A program made the translations under genes and the position numbers. The notes below the pieces were generated by a model, which worked only from the letters and a program-made list of their open reading frames with translations, was not told where the DNA came from and did not search any database. A stretch of 20,000 nucleotides of DNA, from the NCBI GenBank assembly GCA_013239625.1, contig MU053482.1, positions 4,394,325 through 4,414,324 of the forward strand, in the 5' to 3' direction. This document shows, in pieces, positions 10,482-20,000 of this stretch. Origin of the DNA: Lama guanicoe. Lineage: Eukaryota. Within the stretch, counting starts at the first letter, position 1. Each line of letters starts with the position of its first letter.

Positions 10482-11467
10482 ACTCCCAGACTTCAGACAA
10501 TACTACAGATGTACAGTAATCAAAACAGAGTGGTATTGGCACAAAAACAGACATATGGATCAATTGAACAGAATAGAGAGCCTGGAAATAAACCCACAGA
10601 CTTACGGTCAATTAATCTTCAACAAAAGAGGTAAGAATATACAATGGAGAAAAGACAGTCCCTTCAGCAAGTGGTGTTAGGAAAACTGGACAGCTGCATA
10701 TAAATCAATGATGTTAGAACACTCCCTCACACCATACACAAAAATAAATTCAAAATGGCTTAAAGGCTTAAACATAAGACAAGACACTATTAACCTCCCA
10801 GGAGAAAATGTAGGCAAAACATTCTCTGACATAAATCTTAGCAATGTTCTCCTAGGACAGTCTACCCAGGCAACAGCAATAAAAGCAAAAATAAAGAAAT
10901 GGGACCTAATGAAACCTATAAGCTTTTGCACAGCAAAGGAAACCATAAGCGAAACAAAAAGACAACCTGTGGAATGGGAGAAAATATTTACAAATGATGC
11001 AACTGACAAGGGCTTAATTTCCAGGACGTATAAACAGTACACACAGCTTAATAACAAAAAAACAAATAACCCAATTCAAAAATGGGCAGATCTAAATAAG
11101 CAATTCTCCAACGAAGACATACAAATGGTCAATAGGCACATGGAAAAATACTCAATAAACGCAAATCAAAACTATAATGACGTATCATCTCACACCAGTC
11201 AGAATGGCCATCATTCAAAAGTGCACAAGCAATAAATGCTGGAGAGGGTGTGGAGAAAATGGAACCCTCCTACACTGCTGGTGGGAATGCAGTTTGGTGC
11301 AGCCGTTATGGAAAACAGAATAAAGATTCCTCAAAAAACTAAAAATAGACTTACCATATGATCCAGCAATCCCACTCCTGGGCATATATATAGAGGGGAC
11401 TCAAATTTGAAAAGATACATGCACCCCAATGTTCATAGCAGCACTATGTACAATAGCCAAGACATGG
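10482..11467 (+). pseudogene. Disabled L1 ORF2p C-terminal region
   Basis: ORF-track peptides 10372-10680 and 10708-11235 are L1 ORF2-like. In-frame TAG at 10678-10680 where W is expected, and a frameshift near 11157. CX3CX7HX4C zinc knuckle at 11237-11290. Confidence 0.9.
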
Positions 11468-11911
11468 TATATTTATACATTGGAATACTAGTCAGCCATT
11501 AAAAAGAACAAAATCATGCCATTTGCAGCAACATGGATGGACCTGGAGATTGTCATTCTAAGTGATATAAGCCAGAAAGAGAGAGAAAAATACCATATGA
11601 TGTCACTCATATGTGGAATCTTAAAAAAAAAAAAAAACATGGTTACCAGGAGGGATGGGGGCAGGAAGGGATAAATTGGAAGTCTGAGATTTGCAGTTAC
11701 TAACTACTATATATAAAATAGATAAACAACAAGTTTCTTCTGTATAGCACAGGGAACTATATTCAATATGTTGTAGTAACCTATAATGAAAAAGAATATG
11801 AAAAGGAATATATATGTATATGTATGACAGAAACATTATGCTGTACACCAGAAATTGGCACAACATTGTAAACTGACTGTACTTCCATTTAAAAAAGAAA
11901 AAAACACACAC
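10482..11911 (+). mobile_element. 5'-truncated, comparatively young LINE-1 (end of ORF2, 3' UTR and A-rich tail); cetartiodactyl/camelid-like
   Basis: Translates to LPDFRQYY...[26 protein letters not shown] and [18 protein letters not shown]. The 3' UTR ends in aaaaaagaaaaaaacacacac. Flanked by the imperfect TSD aagtgggac (10473-10481) / aaggggac (11912-11919). Confidence 0.95.
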
Positions 11912-11919
11912 AAGGGGAC

Positions 11920-13017
11920 TCTTCTACTTGTTTATGGTGTGGGAACCTCTGAAGAGAAAGTGGGAAAATTTGCATCATGGACACAGTTTCCAAGAGGGAA
12001 GAAACCCATGCCATTAATCCATTCCCTTCAAGACTTATAAAGAGGAATATCTAAGGGGTAGGCTTAGATGCCCCTATTCACAACCCAGCAGCAGTGATAG
12101 CAAAGGAATTCCCAAGTAGGCTGCCATGGGAGTAAAGACAGGTAGAACTTATGGGTTGTCCTGCCACCCTATTAAAAAAGGGAACAGGGATTGTGGGTCA
12201 GTAGGCACTGAAGCCAGGCTGGAACCAGCCTATTAGGCACTGACTTGAGCCCTATTCTGTGGCCATGAATTGCACTGAAAAAGCCGATTACTGAGTGCTC
12301 TAACTTACAGGATTGAAACATGGAGGCTTCGCATCTAAAACCCTGAGGAACCACAGCAATCGAAGAGGGTTCTACATCAACATTTATAGCAGAGATTTGA
12401 GGGAAAATGACCTTCAGAGTGGTTCTGTTCCACAAAGTTTCCCACAGTAAAAAAGCAGGGCTGTGCTGCTTTTTCATAGCAACCTAAAAGGAGGGAGCCC
12501 TTGTGCTGACTGGACCACCCAAGGTGCAGGCTCCCCACATTACTGTGGAGGCTGGGTGATAGGGTCAGTTTCCCAGGGAGCCCTTTCACTGGGCACTGGC
12601 TTCACCACTTCTTGAGATGTACTATGGCTGGGACAAGAGGGAGCCGAGGTCCTTGCTGCTGCCACTGCCTTCAGACCTGGCCCACTGGGGCCAGTTTAAC
12701 TCAGCAGCCAGCAGCACCCTTCCACCACAGTCTTCACCACAATGGGATAAGGGGGGTCCCCAAGTTGAAAGTATATGCATAGTATATTCAAATGGGGAGG
12801 CGTTTGCAGCTTTGGAAGGGTTAAGCTGGATTTCTGATCTTCCTACTGCTCCCAGCATGGGTGGCACTGCATTTCCCCCAACACTTGGCCAAGGCATGCT
12901 CATCACACCCCACAGTACAAATCAGAAACCCTTATGTCCTTCCAATTAATTCTACCTTTTCCTTAAATTAGCTTGCATGGTCCTGTCACAGGTACCTAAT
13001 AATCCTTGAATAAGGCA
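11920..13017 (+). mobile_element. Possible decayed LTR-element sequence (internal part plus LTR-like end)
   Basis: The ending ccttccaattaattctaccttttccttaaattagcttgcatggtcctgtcac...ccttgaataaggca resembles ERVL/MaLR LTR 3' ends. The rest is unassigned. Confidence 0.3.
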
Positions 13018-13739
13018 GAAACTAAGGTTAAGAGAGGATCATTGTTAGAATCAAGGTAGAAATTTCTCTAATTTATAGAGCTAATTTAAAAAGCAAACAT
13101 TTGGTATGTTCCTGTTAAGGTCAGACTGAGCTACACAGTTAATGACTAAATACCCTGCCCTCTGAACCCAAGGTGGGGGACAGGGGAGAAGGCAGTAAAA
13201 ACTTTGTATGAAGATGCCCTCCACCCCACAGCTTCTTCCCCTGGGTACACGTGTGAGGACCTACAAAATAAGAAAGCTACCAACTGTACTATTATTTTCT
13301 GAGGCAGCCAAATTCAAGCTAATTTATTTGCTCCCTTCCCCTGTCCCCTTACTATCCGCCCTATTTTCTAGAACTGTTTAGAAACTAAAACTCCAAGAAT
13401 ACAACAATGTTGAGAGCAAAGGTGCTGCATCCTAGAAAACGTCAAGTTAGGACAGAGAGAGACCCCTAGAAGCTCAGTACTCCAGAGCCTAGGGCTTTCC
13501 ACATGCTGCATGCAGACAAGAAGGAACTGGACTCAGGCTCACGCTTAGACAGAGAACCAGGACCTCAGAGCAGGAGACCGTTCCTCTGCCCAAAGGCAGA
13601 TGCCGGCAGGACTGCGGAAGCAGACGCTGGAGCCGTGCACCTCAGATCACACAGCAACTCAAGATGCACGATGAGGGAGTGAGGGGGGAGGCGGGTGCCA
13701 AGACCCTTGAGGAATTAGGGCAGTCTGTTGGCAAAATGA

Positions 13740-14038
13740 AAGTCTAGTTTAATTTCTTCTCATAAATGAACAAACAACTGAAAAATCCACTATGAAGCAC
13801 AATAAACAGACAAAATTGTATCTTTGAAAAATTGTTTACCACAAGAGACAAATTTTCAGAAACCTGCTTGATGTTTCAGTACCATAAAAGAAGCCCCGGT
13901 CACTGTGAGGCAGACCAAAAGGACCACAAAGGGAAACCAAGCTAAGATGAAGAGAACTGGATGAAATTTTAAAAGACATAACAGAATCCCAAATAAAATA
14001 GCAAAAAGTGTTAAATACCTTTAAATGGCAACATGGAC

Positions 14039-14070
<32 letters not shown>

Positions 14071-14225
14071 ACCCTAATCTATGATTTGGAGGACAAACTT
14101 GGGAAAATCTCCAAGATTAGAGATAAAGGGAAAAGGAGATGGGAATGATGAGAGTAGGGTGATAACCATGGAAACAGATTGAACATCAAATCACAAATTA
14201 GTTGGTACCCAGAGCAAGAAGCTAA
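13740..14225 (+). mobile_element. Very old L1/HAL1 ORF1-like remnant
   Basis: A-rich + strand. aatctatgatttggaggacaaacttgggaaaatctccaag...tagttggtacccagag resembles ORF1 (I.DLEDKL..IS...GVPE). Confidence 0.45.
14042..14070. repeat. (AC)14 microsatellite
   Basis: Perfect dinucleotide run, read directly. Confidence 0.97.
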
Positions 14226-14628
14226 TCTTGAGCTGGCACCTCTGGGACCATGCCAATGTGTAGGATCACTCTTAGACAAGACAGGTCCCTACCTGGGCCC
14301 CCACACTTTCCAGAGCCCTGCTTTGGCCCTCCTCTGGCCGTGCCCCTCCCTCAGTTGCTTAATTCCTAAATGTGCCCAGCCAGTGGCAATTTGCCTCTGA
14401 TTGCACAGGTCTGCCCTAGCAAAATACATCTCCTCATGCCTGGGGGTTTGAAAAGCTGAGTCCCTACCCCTGAGCGAAATGCTGGGGAGAGCTGCTACTG
14501 CTGTTTATGGTGACAGCTGTGTGTGGCCACTATAGGAGCTTCTGTGCGAGGCCACCCTTGATTCATCACAAGAAGCTAGGAGGGGCATGGACAGGGCTTC
14601 TGGACTTGCTGCTATTATTCACAGATTG

Positions 14629-14636
14629 TGACGTCA
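14629..14636. promoter_or_regulatory. Perfect CRE palindrome TGACGTCA (motif only)
   Basis: Exact CREB/ATF consensus with the CpG retained. Function not shown. Confidence 0.3.
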
Positions 14637-14965
14637 ACTTGGCTAGGCATTCTGGGAATGGGCTGGGGGTGTTGTTTGTCCCCTAACCTGTAGTACAGTA
14701 GGGCAACTTGCTTGACCAAGACACACTCAAGTCAGACCAAGGCCCCAGACAAAGGCTGAGAGTCAAGACCACTCTCCTGGCCCACTAAACCCTGGGATGT
14801 AGGAACTGTATTGAAACTAGCGTCCTGGCATAAGGCCAGGATAAGGGAGGAAGGCTGCAGCCTGGTGCTCCTACAGCCACCTCCTGCTCAGCTCACTTGT
14901 TCTAGACAGCCTGTCACAGGGCGTGGGGCAGCAGGTGAACTCTGCAAGTCACTCTCTGTTGGAGA

Positions 14966-14975
14966 GGGAATTTCC
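14966..14975 (+). promoter_or_regulatory. NF-kB consensus site GGGAATTTCC (motif only)
   Basis: Exact match to GGGRNYYYCC. Function not shown. Confidence 0.25.
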
Positions 14976-15224
14976 ACCCGGCCAGGCCAGGCTCCCCTTG
15001 GCTGCACGCCGAGGCAGGGTTGAGCCTGACGGTGGCTAGTTGTACAAGTCGGCAGCTGGGGAGGCCTGGAGATGGTGAACCAGCATGGCTGGATGGGGAG
15101 CTTGCTGGGGTTCCAAAGGCATCCACCCCTTTCGGACTGAGCCCAGAGTCAGCTTAACCCAGAGTCGCTGCTCTGGGGGTGATGACAAGAAGAACCGTGG
15201 CAGGAATCCCGATGTCACTTCTGA

Positions 15225-15345
15225 TGATTCTCTCTCTGAGACTTGGATTCCTCATCTGGAAAATGGGGCTAATAAAATCATAGATCTGTCAATTCAAATT
15301 AAAAGGGGTAAGATTTGGGTGGAAGTAGCAGGCACAGAGCTCATG
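15225..15345 (+). mobile_element. MIR SINE fragment
   Basis: ctctctgagacttggattcctcatctggaaaatggggctaataa is the MIR core. Confidence 0.75.
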
Positions 15346-15444
15346 GCCAGTCTACATCAGTGTCCTTCCTCTGCTCCCAGGGAGGCTGGGACACCATCGC
15401 CACAAAGGGTGACGTGAGTGGGCTCCAGAGCCCGTGTGAACCCC

Positions 15445-15560
15445 GGGCCTGCATCTCCCTCTAAAATGAGAACTTCTCTCCCCACGGGATGATTATGAAG
15501 CCGGGGTGAGGTTACCCATGCAGAGCACTTCACAGCTATGCCTTCAGTATATGTTAGAAA
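15445..15560 (+). mobile_element. Decayed MIR SINE fragment
   Basis: ccctctaaaatgagaa...gattatgaag...catgcagagcacttcacagctatgcct resembles the MIR core and 3' part. Confidence 0.5.
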
Positions 15561-16353
15561 AAGGAAGCCCCGTGACCCCGTGCTTCTCAGAAGGAAACAG
15601 AAGCAACTGGGGTGTGTTGAATTCACTCCTCTAGCATCGCAGGACAAAGGAGAAGTGAACGGCCATGGTATGACTTTCAAGGTGGTGCCAGCTCTGCTCT
15701 AAGCCCTGGTTCTGGTCAGCGTGAATGCTGGCCTTTGGCTGAAACCTCCAGTCTGTAATGTGCTTCGCCACCTGTCGCCCGGGCTTGTTAGTCCAAGGCA
15801 GCAAGTGGATCTGTCTAGCGACAGACGAAGCCCCATGTGCACACTGCCAGGGTCTGAGGCTGCGTCCAAAAACAACGTCCACCCAGAGGATGGAGCCAGC
15901 CTGGCCAGTCCGTTCTCCAGGCTGGAAACGTAGGCTCGCGGCTCCAGACAGATGGCTCTGATGTTTTTCCTTGCTCAGTTCAGGAGGAAGCCTCGTCTTG
16001 TGTATGGAGCACATTTTCTTGCTCTTCTTTACCAAACAGGTTAAAAAATCCTCCTGTTTTGGAAAATGCAGTGGAAAGGGGGAGGGCAACGTATACGCCA
16101 TTCCGCCTCCTGAGGAGCACGGGTCCTGCTCAGTGACTCCCCTTTGGATATGCAAGGTGGCCGGGAGCGAGTTGGAGAGGAGGGACCAGTCACTAGAGAA
16201 GGCAAAGAAGAGAGGGAATGGGTGGGACGCCACGCTCCTAGCTGAGGAAATGGCTAAGGAACATTCTAGGAACAGGAACATCGAATATCCAAACGTTTTT
16301 TCATGCAAATGTTCAGTTAAGTCTGGTAGACACACAACATCACATGTGAGGTA

Positions 16354-16367
16354 GTGTGTGTGTGTGT
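16354..16367. repeat. (GT)7 short microsatellite
   Basis: Read directly. Confidence 0.8.
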
Positions 16368-17090
16368 AAATTCAGAAGAGGGATGAGCTCCACGTCTGAG
16401 CAAACATGGTATGGACATGACACCACGAGGGACTACAGAAATCTTAGAGAGGAATTGGAATTACACAATCAAGGAATGGGGGTTCACATCCATCTCCAGG
16501 GCTCACAGGCCGGGGAGATCCCAGCTGACATCAGCTGCGTACCAGGTCAGACCAATGATCATCCCACTGAGTCCTGGTCTTGCAGTCCTGTTCAATGTCT
16601 TACTGGGATGAAGTCTGCAGCAGCTACTCCCTCTGCTCAGCCTTGCCTTATTTACTTTTGCTTGCCAAGGCAAACAGGCATGTCGAGAAATGAAGCTTTT
16701 GTTGTGAGTGCCCTGAACCCTGTATTTGCAGGTGGAAGTCAGAGTAGTTTCCAGAAATCGCCTGGGGATTCCGAGGACAGCGTGCCTGGAGTTGGTCTCA
16801 CAGGCCTGTACCCCTGTACTGTGCCCTGTACCCTGCTGCTGCTTGCTCTCTTGCAGCAAAAAGCGCCATGTGGAATAGATCTAGACGCCTATCGCCTTGC
16901 AAAGGAACTAGCAGATAATCCAAAGCGTTCCTTGGATTCTCTCTGTCCCTTGGCTGCTCTTCCATCCCTTCCTCCCACCCCTCCCACTCCAGGGCTGCGG
17001 TGTGGAGAGCTGAGTCTCCTTGGGGATGGTCCTTTCTCTCTGCCTTCCAATTAAACACATTATGACAATCCCAAAGCCTGTAAAGTTGAG

Positions 17091-17275
17091 AATAATAAGA
17101 ATGAACAGATATGGCCTAGCCAGTGTACGACAGGCACTGGGCTCTTCACACAGACCGAACCACTTCATTTGACCAGTGACCCCCTGCAAGCAGGTGCTAT
17201 GATTATTATTCCCATTTTCACAGATAAGACAACTGATGTTCAGGTTTGACTAATGTATCCTAACCGCGTACTTGG
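17091..17275 (-). mobile_element. MIR SINE
   Basis: caggcactg...caggtgctatgattattattcccattttcacagataagacaactgatgttcag is the antisense MIR core. Confidence 0.8.
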
Positions 17276-18549
17276 CATCAGGCTAAGTGGCATGTGGTCT
17301 TTTTTTGGTTCAAAAATCATTTATTGATTTTGCCAATGTGTTAAATATTGTTATTCCTATGATGAAACCAAGCTGGAGGGGATGAATTAAAATCATTCAA
17401 GGTCCACGGTGAATTCTCATGACTGTGTCTGAGGACTTGATCTGTAAGGAGCTCTGAGTTATAAGCCCATCCATTTTCATTAGGATTTCAGTCCTAGAAA
17501 AGGTTTCTGAAATTTGACACAAACAACACTGGCAAGAAAAGAGAGGTAGAAATAGACCAGGCAGCAAGACACTGAGGGGCCTCCCAAGTCCAGCACATTC
17601 AGTTCAAGAGAATAAAGGAATCTTTCCATTTCAAGGTGTCATTAAGCTTCTTTTTTTAAAGGATCATTATCACGTACTGACCTCTTCCTGTCACCAGTCG
17701 CCCGCAAGGCCCAGTCCGTGCCGGCACCTGTAATCTGCCCCCTGTGACAGAAGGTCAAGGACCCAGAGGAGCTGATGGGCTTATGCAGCCCAGGCCAGGT
17801 GGGCAGGAGGCAGCAGTGGACAGCCAAGATGGAACTTAGGGATCTCACCCTGCCATTGAGGCTGGCCCGAAGGGGTGACAGAATGAGCTAGAACAGTGTC
17901 TCCAAGAGCCGAGCTCTTTGAGGCTCTGCAGTGCTTTCCAGATGCAAGCAGCAGCCATTTCTGGGGCAGTGAATGGCCGAGAACTTGATCCATCACAGTA
18001 TCTGGGCAGGGGGTTGTGGATGGACACCCCACATCTCTCCTCCACTCCCAGCTCCCACCCCACCTCCTACTCCCAGAATAAAATTTCCGAGAATTATGTG
18101 GAGAAAAATAGGTCATCCTATTGGGGGGGGGATGGTGGTGAGTCATGCAGGTGTCCCCCTTTTCTGATAGCAAAACGCAGAGCCCCCCAAACACCACACA
18201 ATTGTATAAGGGCCTTGCAAGCTGCCCCTACACCTTCTGTCAGAGACGAGTTTCCTCTGCGTCTGAAGAAATGCCTGTCTGTTCCGGAACACGTGATGAC
18301 AAAGTCAGCTCCAGGGGTCTTACGGCCCCGTGGCTCATTCACTCTGCTGACATTATGAAGCGGCTGGGCGGCAGCCTCGGGAACCAGAGCAGTCACGCTG
18401 AGAGGAGGGACTCAAAGAGAACCCAGATTCTGATCCAGCTCAGGACGCTCTCTTCTCACAGGTGGACGATGCTGGGAGCGAAGAGCCCATGCATCTTTCC
18501 CAGAGATGCAGTCACCCACGCCCCCTGATGCTGAGCCCTTCCCCTCTGC

Positions 18550-18865
18550 CAAGCCCAGCACTTGCACACACACGATCTCATTTAACCTTCAGGAGCTCAC
18601 ACCGAGGTCGCTGTTATGAGCTCCCTGGCACAATAATAGTATCGGCTTCATGGGGCTGTTGCAAGTTAAACAAGTTAACGTAGTGAAGCACACCCGGCTC
18701 CCAGCAAGTGCCCTGTAAAAATTAACCGCGACCGTGGCCGCTGCTGCCACTGTTGTCTTATGGTTGTTAAGGAGGCGAGATGGTCTGTCCAACTTGGCAC
18801 AGCTTGTAAGGCAAAGCCAGGCCCATCTGACGCCGAAGTCCATGACTTTCTGTCCACTCACTACC
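18550..18865. mobile_element. Cluster of MIR fragments in alternating orientation
   Basis: Minus: atctcatttaaccttca (about 18550-18620). Plus: aataatagtatcggcttcatggggctgttgcaagttaaacaagttaa (about 18631-18730). Minus: gcacagcttgtaaggcaaagccaggcccatctgacgccgaagtccatg (about 18765-18865). Confidence 0.55.
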
Positions 18866-18884
18866 CAGGGAGGCACCACCCATA

Positions 18885-19110
18885 ACGGGCAAAAGTACAG
18901 GCACTGGGAGTTAGACAGACAGATCAAGGTTTGAATCTCAGCTCTGCCAGTTACCAGCTGTGTGGCCCTGGACAAATCACTTTGCCTCTCTGACCTTCAG
19001 TGTGTGAATGTGTGAGTGGGGATAACTATAGTACGTACCTCCAAGTGAGTTTTGAGGATGCAGTGACAGAAGACGTGAAAGCTCTCAGTAAATGCTTGAT
19101 ACATTGAATT
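18885..19110 (+). mobile_element. MIR SINE, near full length
   Basis: ggtttgaatctcagctctgccagttaccagctgtgtggccctggacaaatcactttgcctctctgaccttcag (B-box region and core). Confidence 0.85.
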
Positions 19111-19330
19111 TTCAGGACTCTCATCAGCCATTGAAAGGTCAAACAAAGACATAATTTACCAAACAAGAACTCTAAGCTGGCCAAGAGGAGACGCGCTGTT
19201 CTGGGCTTTAGGCCGTCTGGAGACCCCCTCCTAACACATCGTGATAGACTGTCAAGGAGCAGCTTTTTTGTTAGTTGAAGATTTTACCAAAGAGTGTGTG
19301 TGTCTCTCTCCTTAAATCCAAATGCTGGCC

Positions 19331-19340
19331 GGGAAATCCC
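19331..19340 (-). promoter_or_regulatory. NF-kB consensus site GGGATTTCCC (motif only)
   Basis: gggaaatccc on the + strand. Function not shown. Confidence 0.2.
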
Positions 19341-19924
19341 TGAGTGTCCCAGACAACTTAAGAAGTCCAGGTAGAGCCACTGCTGTCCCCAAGCCTCAGC
19401 CCCGACGTGGCAGGGTAGCCCGCACAGCCCTGCAGCAGGACTGTTCCTGCCTCTCAAGGCCAGAGGTGGGCCAGAATGCGGCAGCCCGCACGGAGGGCGG
19501 AGGGAGCTGCCTGGCGCTTCTGAGAGCCCCAGCACCCCTTACGAGTATGTGCTTGACACATGCCTGCATCTAGGAACCGGGAGGAAAAGAGCCAGGGTGG
19601 AGAGTCAGGAACGCACGGGGGTGGGGTCAAAGCCTTTGGCTGCTACTGTAAGAGATACACCGGCTCCATGCTCTTGCAGCTGAGCTACTCTACTAAGACC
19701 CCTTCTTTGAGGCGGTTTAATTTTTTAATTCTATCGTTCTTGGAAGGGTAAATACCAATGACCCACTAATTACGTCCCTGGTAATAAACACCACCTTTTG
19801 TTGGAAATGGCAAACCCCTTGATCAAAGCACAGGTGAGACCCAAAGCATGAGGCAGAATCCTCTTTGGAGGAGGGTAACTCGGGCCCGGCCAGAAACCCA
19901 GTGACTACCCGGAGCCTTCTAACA

Positions 19925-20000
19925 GCAAACACTGACAAGGCATTTACCCTGGGCTTGGCACTATCTGAAGTGCTTTATATATATTGGCTCATTTAATCTT
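19925..20000 (-). mobile_element. MIR SINE 3' end (runs off the window)
   Basis: ggcactatctgaagtgctttatatatattggctcatttaatctt is the antisense MIR 3' end. Confidence 0.7.

Noticed and set aside
10372..11235. 102-aa and 175-aa ORFs as host genes
   Set aside because: They are fragments of disabled L1 ORF2. The antisense ORF 10677-11057 is the usual L1 antisense artefact.
12450..12474. Hairpin aaaaagcag-ggctgtg-ctgcttttt resembling an intrinsic terminator
   Set aside because: Mammalian context, and a 9-bp stem that is mostly an A/T run is expected by chance.
15631..17054. Longest ORFs (234 aa on minus, 232 aa on plus)
   Set aside because: Non-ATG starts (one begins inside a GT repeat), no recognisable domain, and overlapping ORFs in several frames, as expected by chance in GC-richer DNA.
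18430..18683. Acceptor-like ctctcttctcacag followed by a 73-aa ORF
   Set aside because: Upstream AGs lie between the putative branch point and the acceptor, the ORF runs into MIR sequence, and there is no clear donor.
19747..19833. 87-nt exon candidate (ttcttggaag acceptor, cag|gtgaga donor)
   Set aside because: Stop codons in all three frames and a weak acceptor, so it cannot be a coding exon.
1..20000. Prokaryote-style systems (CRISPR array, operon, defence island), tRNA or rRNA genes
   Set aside because: No spaced direct repeats, no dense coding and no cloverleaf or rRNA similarity. The sequence is dominated by mammalian interspersed repeats.

Overview
Eukaryotic (mammalian) non-coding DNA, not prokaryotic. 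About 1-14.2 kb is AT-rich and almost fully tiled by decayed transposable elements, several nested: old L1 pieces, a Tigger1-derived DNA transposon, L2, MaLR/ERV LTRs and one younger 5'-truncated L1. From memory, that L1's 3' UTR looks cetartiodactyl, probably camelid. About 14.2-20 kb is more GC/CpG-rich, mostly unique sequence with MIR fragments and a few perfect transcription-factor motifs. I can support no host protein-coding gene, RNA gene or CRISPR array. The only recognisable coding remnants are L1 ORF1/ORF2. I see no convincing novel biological system. The most interesting candidate is a possible ancient Ty3/Gypsy (PNMA-like gag) proviral remnant on the minus strand at about 7.1-9.3 kb, supported only by weak motifs. 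Repeat names come from recalled consensus sequences, not from a search, and boundaries of old repeats are approximate.
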